Assembly (NCBI GenBank): GCA_965209235.1
Contig: OZ242382.1
Span: forward strand, 1,058,957-1,122,956
Length of the DNA stretch: 64,000 nucleotides
From: Gammaproteobacteria bacterium
GTDB taxonomy: Bacteria; Pseudomonadota; Gammaproteobacteria; G965209235
Reading direction: 5' to 3'
Shown here: piece by piece, positions 47,590 through 56,657 of the stretch
How positions within the stretch are numbered: the stretch's first letter is position 1
Layout: every line of letters starts with the position of its first letter
Translations under genes and position numbers: made by a program
Notes under the pieces: generated by a model
What the model was told of the DNA's origin: nothing
Databases searched by the model: none
What the model saw: only the letters and a program-made list of their open reading frames with translations

Positions 47590-49223
47590 TGCTCCGTGAT
47601 GATCAAGCACGATCGAGTGCGTTAGAGGTTCTTGCTCGCCTGCGAGGACTGACGGCCCAAGACTTTGATTACCGCATGGCCAACATACCGACGCCGGATG
47701 GATTGCCAAATGTGCAGCGTGCCGCTGAGGCGATCGTGAAGGGCATCCAGGCGAAGGCCGCGATGCTCGTGGTCGGTGACCAAGATGCGGATGGCGCGAC
47801 GGGCACAGCGGTGATCGTGCAAGCACTAAGAGATCTTGGCGCGACGATTGATTTCACCGTGCCGCAAGCCACCACAGGCCGGGGTATCACAGAGGCTGTC
47901 GTGAGCGCTGCGGCTGCGGCTGGTCAAAAGCTCGTCATGACGGTGGACAACGGGACCAACGAGGTGGCGGCTGCGGAAGCGGCAGAGCGGCTCGGTGTGC
48001 AGCTCATCATCACGGATCACCATGATCCCGATCCCGGCATGCCGGCGTCTGCGATCATCGTCAACCCCAAGTTGGGCGGTTCGGCGGAACTGAAGGATTT
48101 GGCGGGATGTGGCGTGGCGTATTTCGTCGTGGCACAGGTGTATGCCATGATGTTGGATGGTGCGCGTTCGGCGCACCGTTATTTGGACTTTGTCGCGACA
48201 GGAACGGTGGCTGACGTCGTGCCCTTGACCTACACCAACCGCCTGCTCATTCACGTGGGTACTGATGTGATCGCCTCCGGGGAGGGATCGCTTGCACTTC
48301 GCCAATTGGCCGAGACTGACAGATACTGGAATGAATCCGATGATCGGCCATTGCCGGATGCGCTAGGATGGGCGGTCGCGCCTGTTCTGAACGCCATCGG
48401 CCGCATGGGTGACATGTCGAAGGGTATTCAACTGCTCCTCAGCCGGGATTCCAGTCAAGTGCCGGCCATGATCGCCGATGCGCGAAAGGGCAATCACGCG
48501 AGGAAGAGAGAGGAGCAACGCATTCTGGATGAAGCCCGGATGCACGTTCAGGCGGTGGCACACTCGGTGCCAAATGTCTGGGTGTTGCAGGGGGATGAGT
48601 GGCACGCAGGTGTGGTCGGATTGGCGGCATCCCGCTTGAGCTCAGAACTCAAACGACCGGTCATCTGTTTGGGTGGCGGCGATGACGGCATGCTGAAAGG
48701 GAGTATTCGCACCCAAGGGCGGGTGCACGGCAAGCAACTGCTCGCCACCTATGACGCCCAAAACCCAGGGTCCCTTGAACGCTACGGCGGTCATGCGGGT
48801 GCTGCAGGGTTTTCGATCAAAGAAGAGACGGTCCCAGGGCTGATCGCATGGATGTCTCAATGTGAGGTGAAAGCCGAAGATGCTGGTCGCGATTCGGATG
48901 GAGCGCTGCTGCCGCATGAGATGTCCCTCGCCGTGGCACGTGGGTTTGAGTTACTGGCCCCGTGGGGCGCTCAGTGGCCGGAGCCTGTCTTCACCAACGA
49001 GTTCCGCACGACGGACGTGAAGTGGATCGGTGCCAACAGCGATACCTTGCGGATCAGCATGGACAATGAAGAAGGCCGTGCTGTCAAAGCCATCTGGTTT
49101 CGTGCCAGTGATGTTGTACTCAGCAGTGGGCACACCTACAAGATGACGTATTCCCTGCGCATCAATCGGTATTGGGGTCGGGAGGATCTGCAGCTTGTCG
49201 TCAAAGACGCCGTTGCGGCCTGA
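47586..49223 (+). CDS. recJ: Single-stranded DNA exonuclease RecJ
   Basis: 'GDQDADG', 'TVDNG', 'ITDHH', 'GTVADVVPL', 'GGHAGAAG'. Confidence 0.95.
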   Translation: MMLRDDQARSSALEVLARLRGLTAQDFDYRMANIPTPDGLPNVQRAAEAIVKGIQAKAAMLVVGDQDADGATGTAVIVQALRDLGATIDFTVPQATTGRGITEAVVSAAAAAGQKLVMTVDNGTNEVAAAEAAERLGVQLIITDHHDPDPGMPASAIIVNPKLGGSAELKDLAGCGVAYFVVAQVYAMMLDGARSAHRYLDFVATGTVADVVPLTYTNRLLIHVGTDVIASGEGSLALRQLAETDRYWNESDDRPLPDALGWAVAPVLNAIGRMGDMSKGIQLLLSRDSSQVPAMIADARKGNHARKREEQRILDEARMHVQAVAHSVPNVWVLQGDEWHAGVVGLAASRLSSELKRPVICLGGGDDGMLKGSIRTQGRVHGKQLLATYDAQNPGSLERYGGHAGAAGFSIKEETVPGLIAWMSQCEVKAEDAGRDSDGALLPHEMSLAVARGFELLAPWGAQWPEPVFTNEFRTTDVKWIGANSDTLRISMDNEEGRAVKAIWFRASDVVLSSGHTYKMTYSLRINRYWGREDLQLVVKDAVAA

Positions 49224-49263
49224 CCACCAGTCACACATAGAATTTGACCCTAGGACGACTTGA

Positions 49264-50385
49264 ATGAACGTGTCAGCGCAGACAACGACTCTTGATTCTG
49301 CGCGGGTGGTGCTCAAGGATCTGATTGAGCGGGTCGACGGCATCGTGAAGGTGCAACAGCCTGATCAACTCGAACAGCGATTCCAAGAGCTTGGGGTCTT
49401 GCTGGAAGATCCCGAGTTGTGGAACGATCAAGTACGCGCCGCTGCCATTAGCCGCGATCGCGGCCGGGTGGAGCGCATCCTTGGGCTCGTCAGGGGACTT
49501 GTCTCACAGTCCTCTGAATTCGGTGATTACATCGACATGTGCGAGGATGAAGGCGATCCGACGGCGATTTCTGATGCGGTGAAAGAACTGTCAGTACTGC
49601 GTCAAAAAGTGGATGACGCCGAGCTGCAGTCACTCTTCACCGATGCAATTGACGTCAACGATGCTTGGATTGAAATCCAAGCCGGTTCTGGCGGCACGGA
49701 GGCGCAGGACTGGGCGGAGCATCTGCTGCGCATGTATTTGCGGTATTGCGAGCGCCGCGGATACGATACGCAACTGACGGATCGTGTACCAGGCGAAGTG
49801 GCTGGTATCAAGCGGGCCGTGATTCAGGTGACGGGTGACTATGCCTACGGGTGGCTCAAGACCGAGTCCGGGGTACACCGGCTCGTGCGCCGGTCACCGT
49901 TTGACTCCAGTAATCGGCGCCACACATCGTTCGCCTCCGTGTTTGTCACGCCGTTTATTGACGACACCATTGAAGTCGACATTGATATGTCTGATGTGCG
50001 CGTAGACACCTACCGAGCGAGTGGCGCTGGCGGTCAGCATGTCAACAAAACCGATTCCGCGGTTCGGATGACGCACCTTCCAACAGGCGTGGTGGTTCAG
50101 TGCCAAAGTGAGCGCTCTCAACATCAAAACCGCGATCGGTGCATGGCCCAACTGCGCGCGCGCCTGCACCAGCTAGAGCTGGCGAAGCAACGCGCTGTGA
50201 AGGATGCCATGGAAGCCGAGAAGCCCGATATCGGGTGGGGTCAACAGATTCGCAACTATGTGTTAGACCAGTCTCGCATCAAGGACTTACGGACAGACGA
50301 GCAACGTAATGATTGCACGCAAGTCTTAGATGGAGACATTGACGGCTTTATCAAAGCCACATTGCGGCATCAAGCGACTAGGTGA
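49264..50385 (+). CDS. prfB: Peptide chain release factor 2, encoded as one continuous ORF
   Basis: 'GSGGTEAQDW', 'GVHRLVRRSPFDS' (SPF recognition loop), 'GAGGQHVNKT', 'WG.QIRNYV'. Confidence 0.96.
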   Translation: MNVSAQTTTLDSARVVLKDLIERVDGIVKVQQPDQLEQRFQELGVLLEDPELWNDQVRAAAISRDRGRVERILGLVRGLVSQSSEFGDYIDMCEDEGDPTAISDAVKELSVLRQKVDDAELQSLFTDAIDVNDAWIEIQAGSGGTEAQDWAEHLLRMYLRYCERRGYDTQLTDRVPGEVAGIKRAVIQVTGDYAYGWLKTESGVHRLVRRSPFDSSNRRHTSFASVFVTPFIDDTIEVDIDMSDVRVDTYRASGAGGQHVNKTDSAVRMTHLPTGVVVQCQSERSQHQNRDRCMAQLRARLHQLELAKQRAVKDAMEAEKPDIGWGQQIRNYVLDQSRIKDLRTDEQRNDCTQVLDGDIDGFIKATLRHQATR

Positions 50386-52310
50386 ACTCAGTCATGCTAA
50401 CAATCTCAGATCTTCTCGCGCGCGACAATCGCGCGCCTGCTGACGACGATGCATCCATCACCCTGATGGTGTTGGGCCCTGTGAACGATGGCATGATTCC
50501 CGTCACGGATGGATCTGCAGTACTCGGCAAGGGGCCAGAGGCAGCGATTCCTCTGGTTGCAGCCTTTGCGGGCACCTTTGGGGATGATGACAAGGTCGCT
50601 ACGGTCAATACTGGCCAATACCTGCTGTGGGGCTCAGGAGGACGGCACGTGGACGTTGAAGGCGAACAAGTGCGCTTGTCAGGCGGCACGCTTGAGCTGC
50701 AGCCCCGGGCTGAGGGGTACCGCGCATTTGCGAAAGCGAGAAAGCAATTGCAGATGCAGTTGGACACTGCGGGCTTCCCGCATCCAGGATCGGTGTCGAT
50801 CACCATTCCCGAATTCCAACGGACGTTCGAATCAATAGCCGCGGATGATCAAGTCACCATGGCCGGACTGGTCACGAGCGTAAGGCAAGGGAAGCTTGGT
50901 GCGTTTGTCGATATTGCTAGTGGTCATGAGACCCTCGAAACGCCACGCCAGCAGGTGTACATCAGCGGAGAGCTCGAAGCTGGATATGCGATGAAGGTGT
51001 TTCGTCATCTTGTGAAGAGAGATGACTTTTTGATTGTGCGAGGCACGCCGTTTACGACGGAGACCGGTCACCAATCGTTACGCGCTGTCGCCTTTCGCAG
51101 TGTGATTGCGCTGAGAGAAACGCCATCGTCTTTGAAAGATTTAGGGGTCCGCAGGTCTGCACGACACCTTGAGTGGCGTATTGATCGGCCGTCGACCCAT
51201 CTCTACATGCTGCGCGCAAAGATCATGCGTACGATCAGGGACTACTTTGAAGAATCGAACTTCTTGGAAGTCGAGACACCGGTGCTACAGAGCGTGGCAA
51301 GTGGCGCGGCAGCGCGGCCGTTTAAGGCCTACTTTGATGCCGTCGGACAGGACACGTATTTGCGCGTCGCTCCTGAGCTCTCCCTGAAGCGTCTACTGGT
51401 CGGTGGCTTTGAACGCGTTTTCGAAATGGCACGTTGTTTTCGTAATGAAGGCGTCTCCCACCAGCACAACCCTGAGTTCACGATGCTGGAGTGGTACGAA
51501 GCTTGGTCATCAGGTCCTAAGGGAGCACTTCGCATGCTCACGCTCATTGGCCGCTGTGCCAAGGCCGCTGACGGGTTTGTCACTGACCACACTGACCTGA
51601 AACGCCTTGAGGCGGTTCAATCGCAGTGTCAGGCCCATTGTGATGCCCTCGAGGCTGGCGGACTTCAGTTCCCGGTTGATACCGATATGGCAGGAAGTGT
51701 CAGGGCATGGCTGTCGGCTCATGATGTTGAGAGCGCAGAAATTGATTCCGGCTCGCTGAGCGTGCGCGGGGTTCGACCTGCATTTAAATCCGCAAGGGGA
51801 AAGGTCTGGAAGCGTTTTCAAGAACGCTATCACGACCTCAACGAGATGACGGCCAGCGAACTCTTGTGTTGGATATGGGAGACCGTGATCTGCAAGGACA
51901 CTGGTATCTCCATGGTGACCGGACATCCCGCAGCCATTTCTCCTTTGGCAGCGCGGCAGAATGAGGAACGTCCCGATGTTGATGGGCATCGTCAGCTGGG
52001 CTACGCTTGGGAAACAACCAACCGTTTTGAGATGTTTTTAAACGGCGTTGAGATCAGCAATGGTTACTCCGAGATCAACGATGCGGAGGTGCAGGAAGAG
52101 CGCTTTCAACAGCAGCTCACCTTGCAGGACGGCGCAAACGAAGAACGTGAGCACATGCACGTGGACATGGACTTTGTGGCGGCGCTGGAATATGCCATGC
52201 CACTCGCTGGTGGCGTCGGCATTGGGCTTGACCGGTTGATCATGCAATTGGCGGGCGTGTCGCATATCCGCGACGTCATTCTGTTTCCGTACACGACACC
52301 GTCTCAGTAA
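50382..52310 (+). CDS. lysS: Lysine--tRNA ligase (class II) with N-terminal extension
   Basis: 'FLEVETP', 'GAAARPF', 'YLRVAPEL.LKRL.VGG.ERVFE', 'FRNEG...HNPEFTMLE', 'GIGLDR', 'RDVILFP'; GTGA overlap with prfB. Confidence 0.93.
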   Translation: MNSVMLTISDLLARDNRAPADDDASITLMVLGPVNDGMIPVTDGSAVLGKGPEAAIPLVAAFAGTFGDDDKVATVNTGQYLLWGSGGRHVDVEGEQVRLSGGTLELQPRAEGYRAFAKARKQLQMQLDTAGFPHPGSVSITIPEFQRTFESIAADDQVTMAGLVTSVRQGKLGAFVDIASGHETLETPRQQVYISGELEAGYAMKVFRHLVKRDDFLIVRGTPFTTETGHQSLRAVAFRSVIALRETPSSLKDLGVRRSARHLEWRIDRPSTHLYMLRAKIMRTIRDYFEESNFLEVETPVLQSVASGAAARPFKAYFDAVGQDTYLRVAPELSLKRLLVGGFERVFEMARCFRNEGVSHQHNPEFTMLEWYEAWSSGPKGALRMLTLIGRCAKAADGFVTDHTDLKRLEAVQSQCQAHCDALEAGGLQFPVDTDMAGSVRAWLSAHDVESAEIDSGSLSVRGVRPAFKSARGKVWKRFQERYHDLNEMTASELLCWIWETVICKDTGISMVTGHPAAISPLAARQNEERPDVDGHRQLGYAWETTNRFEMFLNGVEISNGYSEINDAEVQEERFQQQLTLQDGANEEREHMHVDMDFVAALEYAMPLAGGVGIGLDRLIMQLAGVSHIRDVILFPYTTPSQ

Positions 52311-52519
52311 GAGATCAATGTAGCGGCCGCAGCTAAACTCGTTGCGCCTCCACTCGCTGTGTTCATAGACAGCGACGATGCTCTGGCATTCTGCTGCGAC
52401 CGCCTAAATGTCTTAGTGCGTTGTCATTACGCTCAGTCAAAGCAGCAACTGCTACGCATAGAAAGCAGCACGGGGTTGTGATCACATCACAACCAGCACT
52501 CAACCGCTTTCCAGATACG

Positions 52520-52554
52520 AAAAAAGCGCGCTACCTGCGAGAGGTAGCGCGCTT
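52520..52554 (-). terminator. Rho-independent terminator of the TonB-dependent receptor gene
   Basis: Minus strand: AAGCGCGCTACCT-CTCGC-AGGTAGCGCGCTT followed by a T-run. Confidence 0.85.
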
Positions 52555-52575
52555 CTTAAGCGTCTAACGTTGCTG

Positions 52576-55473
52576 TTAGAAATCCATACGGAATGACAAA
52601 GCAACGGTCCGTGGGTCGAGCAAGAACAGGTTCGTGAAGTTCCCTGAGGATGCATCCGTCAGGTATGTTCCCGTGATGCTGTCTTCATCAAAGATGTTCA
52701 GGATCGTGCCTCGTACTTCCCAGCGGCCATCGTCCGGTCCCCAAACAATGTTCAGGTTCGCTTGGTCCCAGCCTTCGATGAAGTCTGATTCAGTGTTAAA
52801 CACGCGACCGTAGAACGAACTCTGCTTGTAGAAGTCCAGACGAATTGACAGACGGCTGTAGAACCGCACTGGAAGATCGATGTTGTATTGCACGCCAATC
52901 TTGTACGTCCATTCTGGTGAGTTAGGAAGCTCGTTACCTGTGACAGTCGTCTCCAAGCCATCAGCAATGTAGTTTGCTGCTGTTGCTGCGCCAACGAGTG
53001 CGGGGTTCGAGAGAGCTCCAAAGTGACCATACAGGGCGTTATCCGGTGACAAGCCAGGAATGACGTTGCAAGGCAGTCCATTGGTGGCGACATAGAAGAA
53101 CGCTTGTGACAAATCTTTACAGACGGACACATTGGCAACACCAGCCGATGGGTTGGCGGGATCAACGGATGAAAAGTCACCGACTTCTGTTTTCAAGTAA
53201 GAGAACGTGAAGTCAACGCGGAACTCATCAAACGGCAAGTAGATCAACTCAAGCTCACCACCATAGTTGGTGCTGTCAATGTTCTCGTTAATCGATGTCC
53301 GTGACACGATCTTCGAGACTTGCAGATCCCGGAAATCGTAGTAGAACACACTCCAGTTCAATTGCAGCGTGTTGTCGAGGAAGCGGCTTTTCAGGCCGAA
53401 CTCGAGTGCATCTACAAACTCCGGTTCAAAGGCAACGGGCACGTTCAGAGTGTCGCGCAGTGCATCTGGCACAGGAGGGTTGAAACCACCACCTTTGTAA
53501 CCGCGAGAGAAACCAACGTACCCCAAGTGGTTTTGCGTAAATGCCACGTCCCAAACAACACGGCCTGTCGTGACCTGCCAATCGTTTTGTTGCTCAACGC
53601 AACACGTGGCAAAGCCGGAACCGAGGTAGGACGTCGTCAGGCCGTTTGAACCCATCGGGGTTTGCACAAACTTCTCTTCATCGGTCATGCGAAGTCCGAT
53701 GGTCAGGCGGCTTTTCTCGCCGAGATCCAAGTACAGCTCCCCAAAGAGGGCGGTTGACTCTGCATCAACGATGCTGGCGGACTGGAAGTAGCTTCCTGCG
53801 TAGTTCAGGAAGGTGTTGGGAGCTTGACCGGCGCCGAGCTGGGTTGCTGGGCCCAACCCACCTTGGAAGAACGCTGACAATGCGTTGTAGTACACACTGT
53901 AGATGTTATTGGTCTGTCCTTCGGAGTAGTTAAGTCCGAATTGGAAGTTTATCCATCCATCAAATGAAGTGCTGACGCGGAATTCAGCGTATTGCACTTC
54001 GTTGACTCCACCAGATTCATCGTAACCAACTGGGCGGTCAGCGGTGATCATTTGACCATCAATCCCATAGATCGTTGGCATGTTCTGGTAGAAATTGATC
54101 GTGTCCGCGAGTTGTTGGTTTTGCGCCGCGGACAGGGGGCCGAGGTAGACAGTTAAGTCGCCATCGCCATCGCCATCGCGGTCAGGAGCGAAGTTCGGTG
54201 TCGAATACAAGCCGCCCAAGATGGCGTATTCCGGAACGACGTTAAACGGGACATCCGGCACACCCCAATCGTAGTCGTTAATACCTGCGTTGGTGTTGTC
54301 GTAGTCGGTGTAGTTCGCGTAAAGATTCCATCCTGAATCAAACTGGAACGAGAATTCTACTTGTTTGATACGCTCTTCAACGAAGTAACGAGGCGTCACG
54401 TCGGTGCGGACCGAGCGAAGATCGTTGGGGCGTGATGACGTGAAGCCGTCTTGCCCGATGTTCGTCAGACCTGGGTAAGGGATGTTGCCGTCACCAAGAA
54501 TGCCAGGCGCCCAATTTGATGTCCAAATGTTGGCAAGAGTCGCACCCGTGTTTTGATATTCAAACCCAAGACGCGAATCCGAGACACATCCGAGAACGCC
54601 TTCGGTATCTTTGGTGCAACCTTGGTTCTGCACCCGAGCACGCGTGTCATCTTCCTTGAAGTAGCTGTACAGAACGCGAACGTAGCCGCGGTCGCCAAGA
54701 TTGAAGTTCAGAGTGTTTCGGAACGCGGAGATATCGCGATCATCAATCTTCTCCGGCAAACCGAATCCCAAGAAGTCTGTTGCGCCATTGGTTCCGTTAG
54801 CGACATCAACAGCGTATTCGTTGGTGATGATGCCATCGCGTTGGTGCTTGTAGACCGCCAAACGGTTGCTGACGATATCGCTTGACCCAAACGGTGTGTT
54901 TAAGACGAACGATGCTTTCTTCGCGTTATATGATCCAAGTTCGACCTTCCAGTCTCCTTCGAAGTCATCCGTTGGTGATTGAGTGACAATGTTGATCACA
55001 CCTGCTGAAGTGTTGCGTCCAAACAGAGTTCCCTGTGGACCCCGTAGCACTTCGACGCGTGCGATATCAAAGAACTCGTTTTCGAACACTCGAAACGTTG
55101 GCACGGATGCGAAGTTGAGGTGAACCCCAACAGCCGCATCACACGATGCCGCGACACATAAGTTACCAATACCGCGAACGGAGATATTGGCACCAGTGAA
55201 GTTGGATTTCGAGAAGCTCAGGTTCGGAGTGTTGAGCTGGATGTCAGACACTGAGTCGATGGATTGACGGGTCAATCCTGCAGCATCAAATGCACTCACC
55301 GAGATTGGCGTGTCTTGAAGTGTCTTCTCGCGTTTTTCAGCGGTCACAACAACTTCTTCGACGTCAAGTCCTCGCGGTGAGCTGTCATCGGCTTCCTGCG
55401 CGAAGGCTGGAGCGGCAAACACAGCTCCAAGCGCAAGGAACGATGCCTTCCTTAAGGTGGTCAAACTAAACAT
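52576..55473 (-). CDS. TonB-dependent outer-membrane receptor
   Basis: Signal peptide, TonB box-like 'EEVVVTA', plug motif 'RVEVLRGPQGTLFGRN', terminal Phe; RBS GAAGGAG. Confidence 0.95.
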   Translation of the reverse strand: MFSLTTLRKASFLALGAVFAAPAFAQEADDSSPRGLDVEEVVVTAEKREKTLQDTPISVSAFDAAGLTRQSIDSVSDIQLNTPNLSFSKSNFTGANISVRGIGNLCVAASCDAAVGVHLNFASVPTFRVFENEFFDIARVEVLRGPQGTLFGRNTSAGVINIVTQSPTDDFEGDWKVELGSYNAKKASFVLNTPFGSSDIVSNRLAVYKHQRDGIITNEYAVDVANGTNGATDFLGFGLPEKIDDRDISAFRNTLNFNLGDRGYVRVLYSYFKEDDTRARVQNQGCTKDTEGVLGCVSDSRLGFEYQNTGATLANIWTSNWAPGILGDGNIPYPGLTNIGQDGFTSSRPNDLRSVRTDVTPRYFVEERIKQVEFSFQFDSGWNLYANYTDYDNTNAGINDYDWGVPDVPFNVVPEYAILGGLYSTPNFAPDRDGDGDGDLTVYLGPLSAAQNQQLADTINFYQNMPTIYGIDGQMITADRPVGYDESGGVNEVQYAEFRVSTSFDGWINFQFGLNYSEGQTNNIYSVYYNALSAFFQGGLGPATQLGAGQAPNTFLNYAGSYFQSASIVDAESTALFGELYLDLGEKSRLTIGLRMTDEEKFVQTPMGSNGLTTSYLGSGFATCCVEQQNDWQVTTGRVVWDVAFTQNHLGYVGFSRGYKGGGFNPPVPDALRDTLNVPVAFEPEFVDALEFGLKSRFLDNTLQLNWSVFYYDFRDLQVSKIVSRTSINENIDSTNYGGELELIYLPFDEFRVDFTFSYLKTEVGDFSSVDPANPSAGVANVSVCKDLSQAFFYVATNGLPCNVIPGLSPDNALYGHFGALSNPALVGAATAANYIADGLETTVTGNELPNSPEWTYKIGVQYNIDLPVRFYSRLSIRLDFYKQSSFYGRVFNTESDFIEGWDQANLNIVWGPDDGRWEVRGTILNIFDEDSITGTYLTDASSGNFTNLFLLDPRTVALSFRMDF

Positions 55474-55565
55474 TGGGGAACTCCTTCATGTCTGGGTGTC
55501 GAGGCTACGCGCCGGAATCGGGCAACAAGGCGTGACCGAACTGAGGCGCGGACGATACTGAGTGA

Positions 55566-55571
55566 ATTATA
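55566..55571 (-). promoter_or_regulatory. Possible -10 box (TATAAT) upstream of the receptor gene
   Basis: Perfect TATAAT on the minus strand about 90 nt upstream of the ATG; the -35 element is weak. Confidence 0.35.
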
Positions 55572-55597
55572 GGTGGCAACGGCGTCGTGCAGTCGAG

Positions 55598-56605
55598 CTA
55601 TGAAAAGAGGTGCGCGACCATCTCTTTCTCTTGTTGCAACTCTTTGACCGAAGCATCGACCCGAGATTGCAGCCACGGCTGGATTTCAAAATCACTGGCC
55701 ACCGACAGAGTCCCGTGGCCATCAGATACCACTGGCAACCCGCAGACGATTCCGGATGGAATCCCGTAGTGCGTGCCATGCTCGGTGACCATGAGCGCCA
55801 CACTAAAGCAGTCGCCTGCCGGCGTTTTGCCTTCACACTGTTGCATGGTGACGAGAGCAGCATTGGCTGCGGATGCAGCAGATGAGGCGCCGCGAGCGGC
55901 AATGATGGCTGCGCCGCGTTGCTGGACGGTTGGGAAGAAGGTGTCCTCCACCCACGATTGATCTTGCCCGATGGCGTCGTAGGCTGATGATGTGCCAACT
56001 CTCGCGTTCACCATGTCGGGCACCATCGTTGGGCTATGGTTCCCCCAGATGCAGATCCGAGACACGTCGCCAACGTCAGCTCCGGCTTTCTTGGCGATTT
56101 GGTGCCGCGCGCGCAGCGCATCAAGCATCGTCATGGCCATCCATGTCTGACTTGGTTGTTTCGCATGATGGGCACCAATGAGGGCATTGGTGTTGGCTGG
56201 GTTGCCGACCACAAGGACTTTGGCATTCGGGCTGGCAGTACGACCAATCACAGCGCCTTGTTGCTGAAAGATGCCACCGTTGACGCCAAGCAGATCAGCG
56301 CGTTCAACGATTTTCTTCCCGTTAATGACGATGCCACGCGGCGCGCTTCCCAAGAGAACGGCCCAATCAGCACCATCACAAGCAGCCGCTAGGTCAGCCG
56401 TAGCAGTAATGGATGCAATATGCGGTGAACCACAGTCTTCGAGTTCAAGGACCGTGCCGGACAGACGCTCCATGGCAGGCGGCACTTCAACAAGGCGCAG
56501 GTCAATTGGGCGATTTCCAAACACCTCACCAGATGTGAGGCGCGGGAGCAATGAGTAAGCAATTTGCCCCGCAGCACCGGTGACAACGACTTTAATAGGT
56601 TGCAT
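55598..56605 (-). CDS. mdh: Malate dehydrogenase (MDH type 2 family)
   Basis: 'KVVVTGAAGQIAYSL', 'ELEDC', 'VVGNPANTN', 'IWGNHS', 'RGAAII.ARG.SSAASAA'. Confidence 0.93.
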   Translation of the reverse strand: MQPIKVVVTGAAGQIAYSLLPRLTSGEVFGNRPIDLRLVEVPPAMERLSGTVLELEDCGSPHIASITATADLAAACDGADWAVLLGSAPRGIVINGKKIVERADLLGVNGGIFQQQGAVIGRTASPNAKVLVVGNPANTNALIGAHHAKQPSQTWMAMTMLDALRARHQIAKKAGADVGDVSRICIWGNHSPTMVPDMVNARVGTSSAYDAIGQDQSWVEDTFFPTVQQRGAAIIAARGASSAASAANAALVTMQQCEGKTPAGDCFSVALMVTEHGTHYGIPSGIVCGLPVVSDGHGTLSVASDFEIQPWLQSRVDASVKELQQEKEMVAHLFS

Positions 56606-56657
56606 GAGAAGACTCCAAGAGTTCAAAAGGAATGGGTGAGGGTCACGCGCGGTCTAA

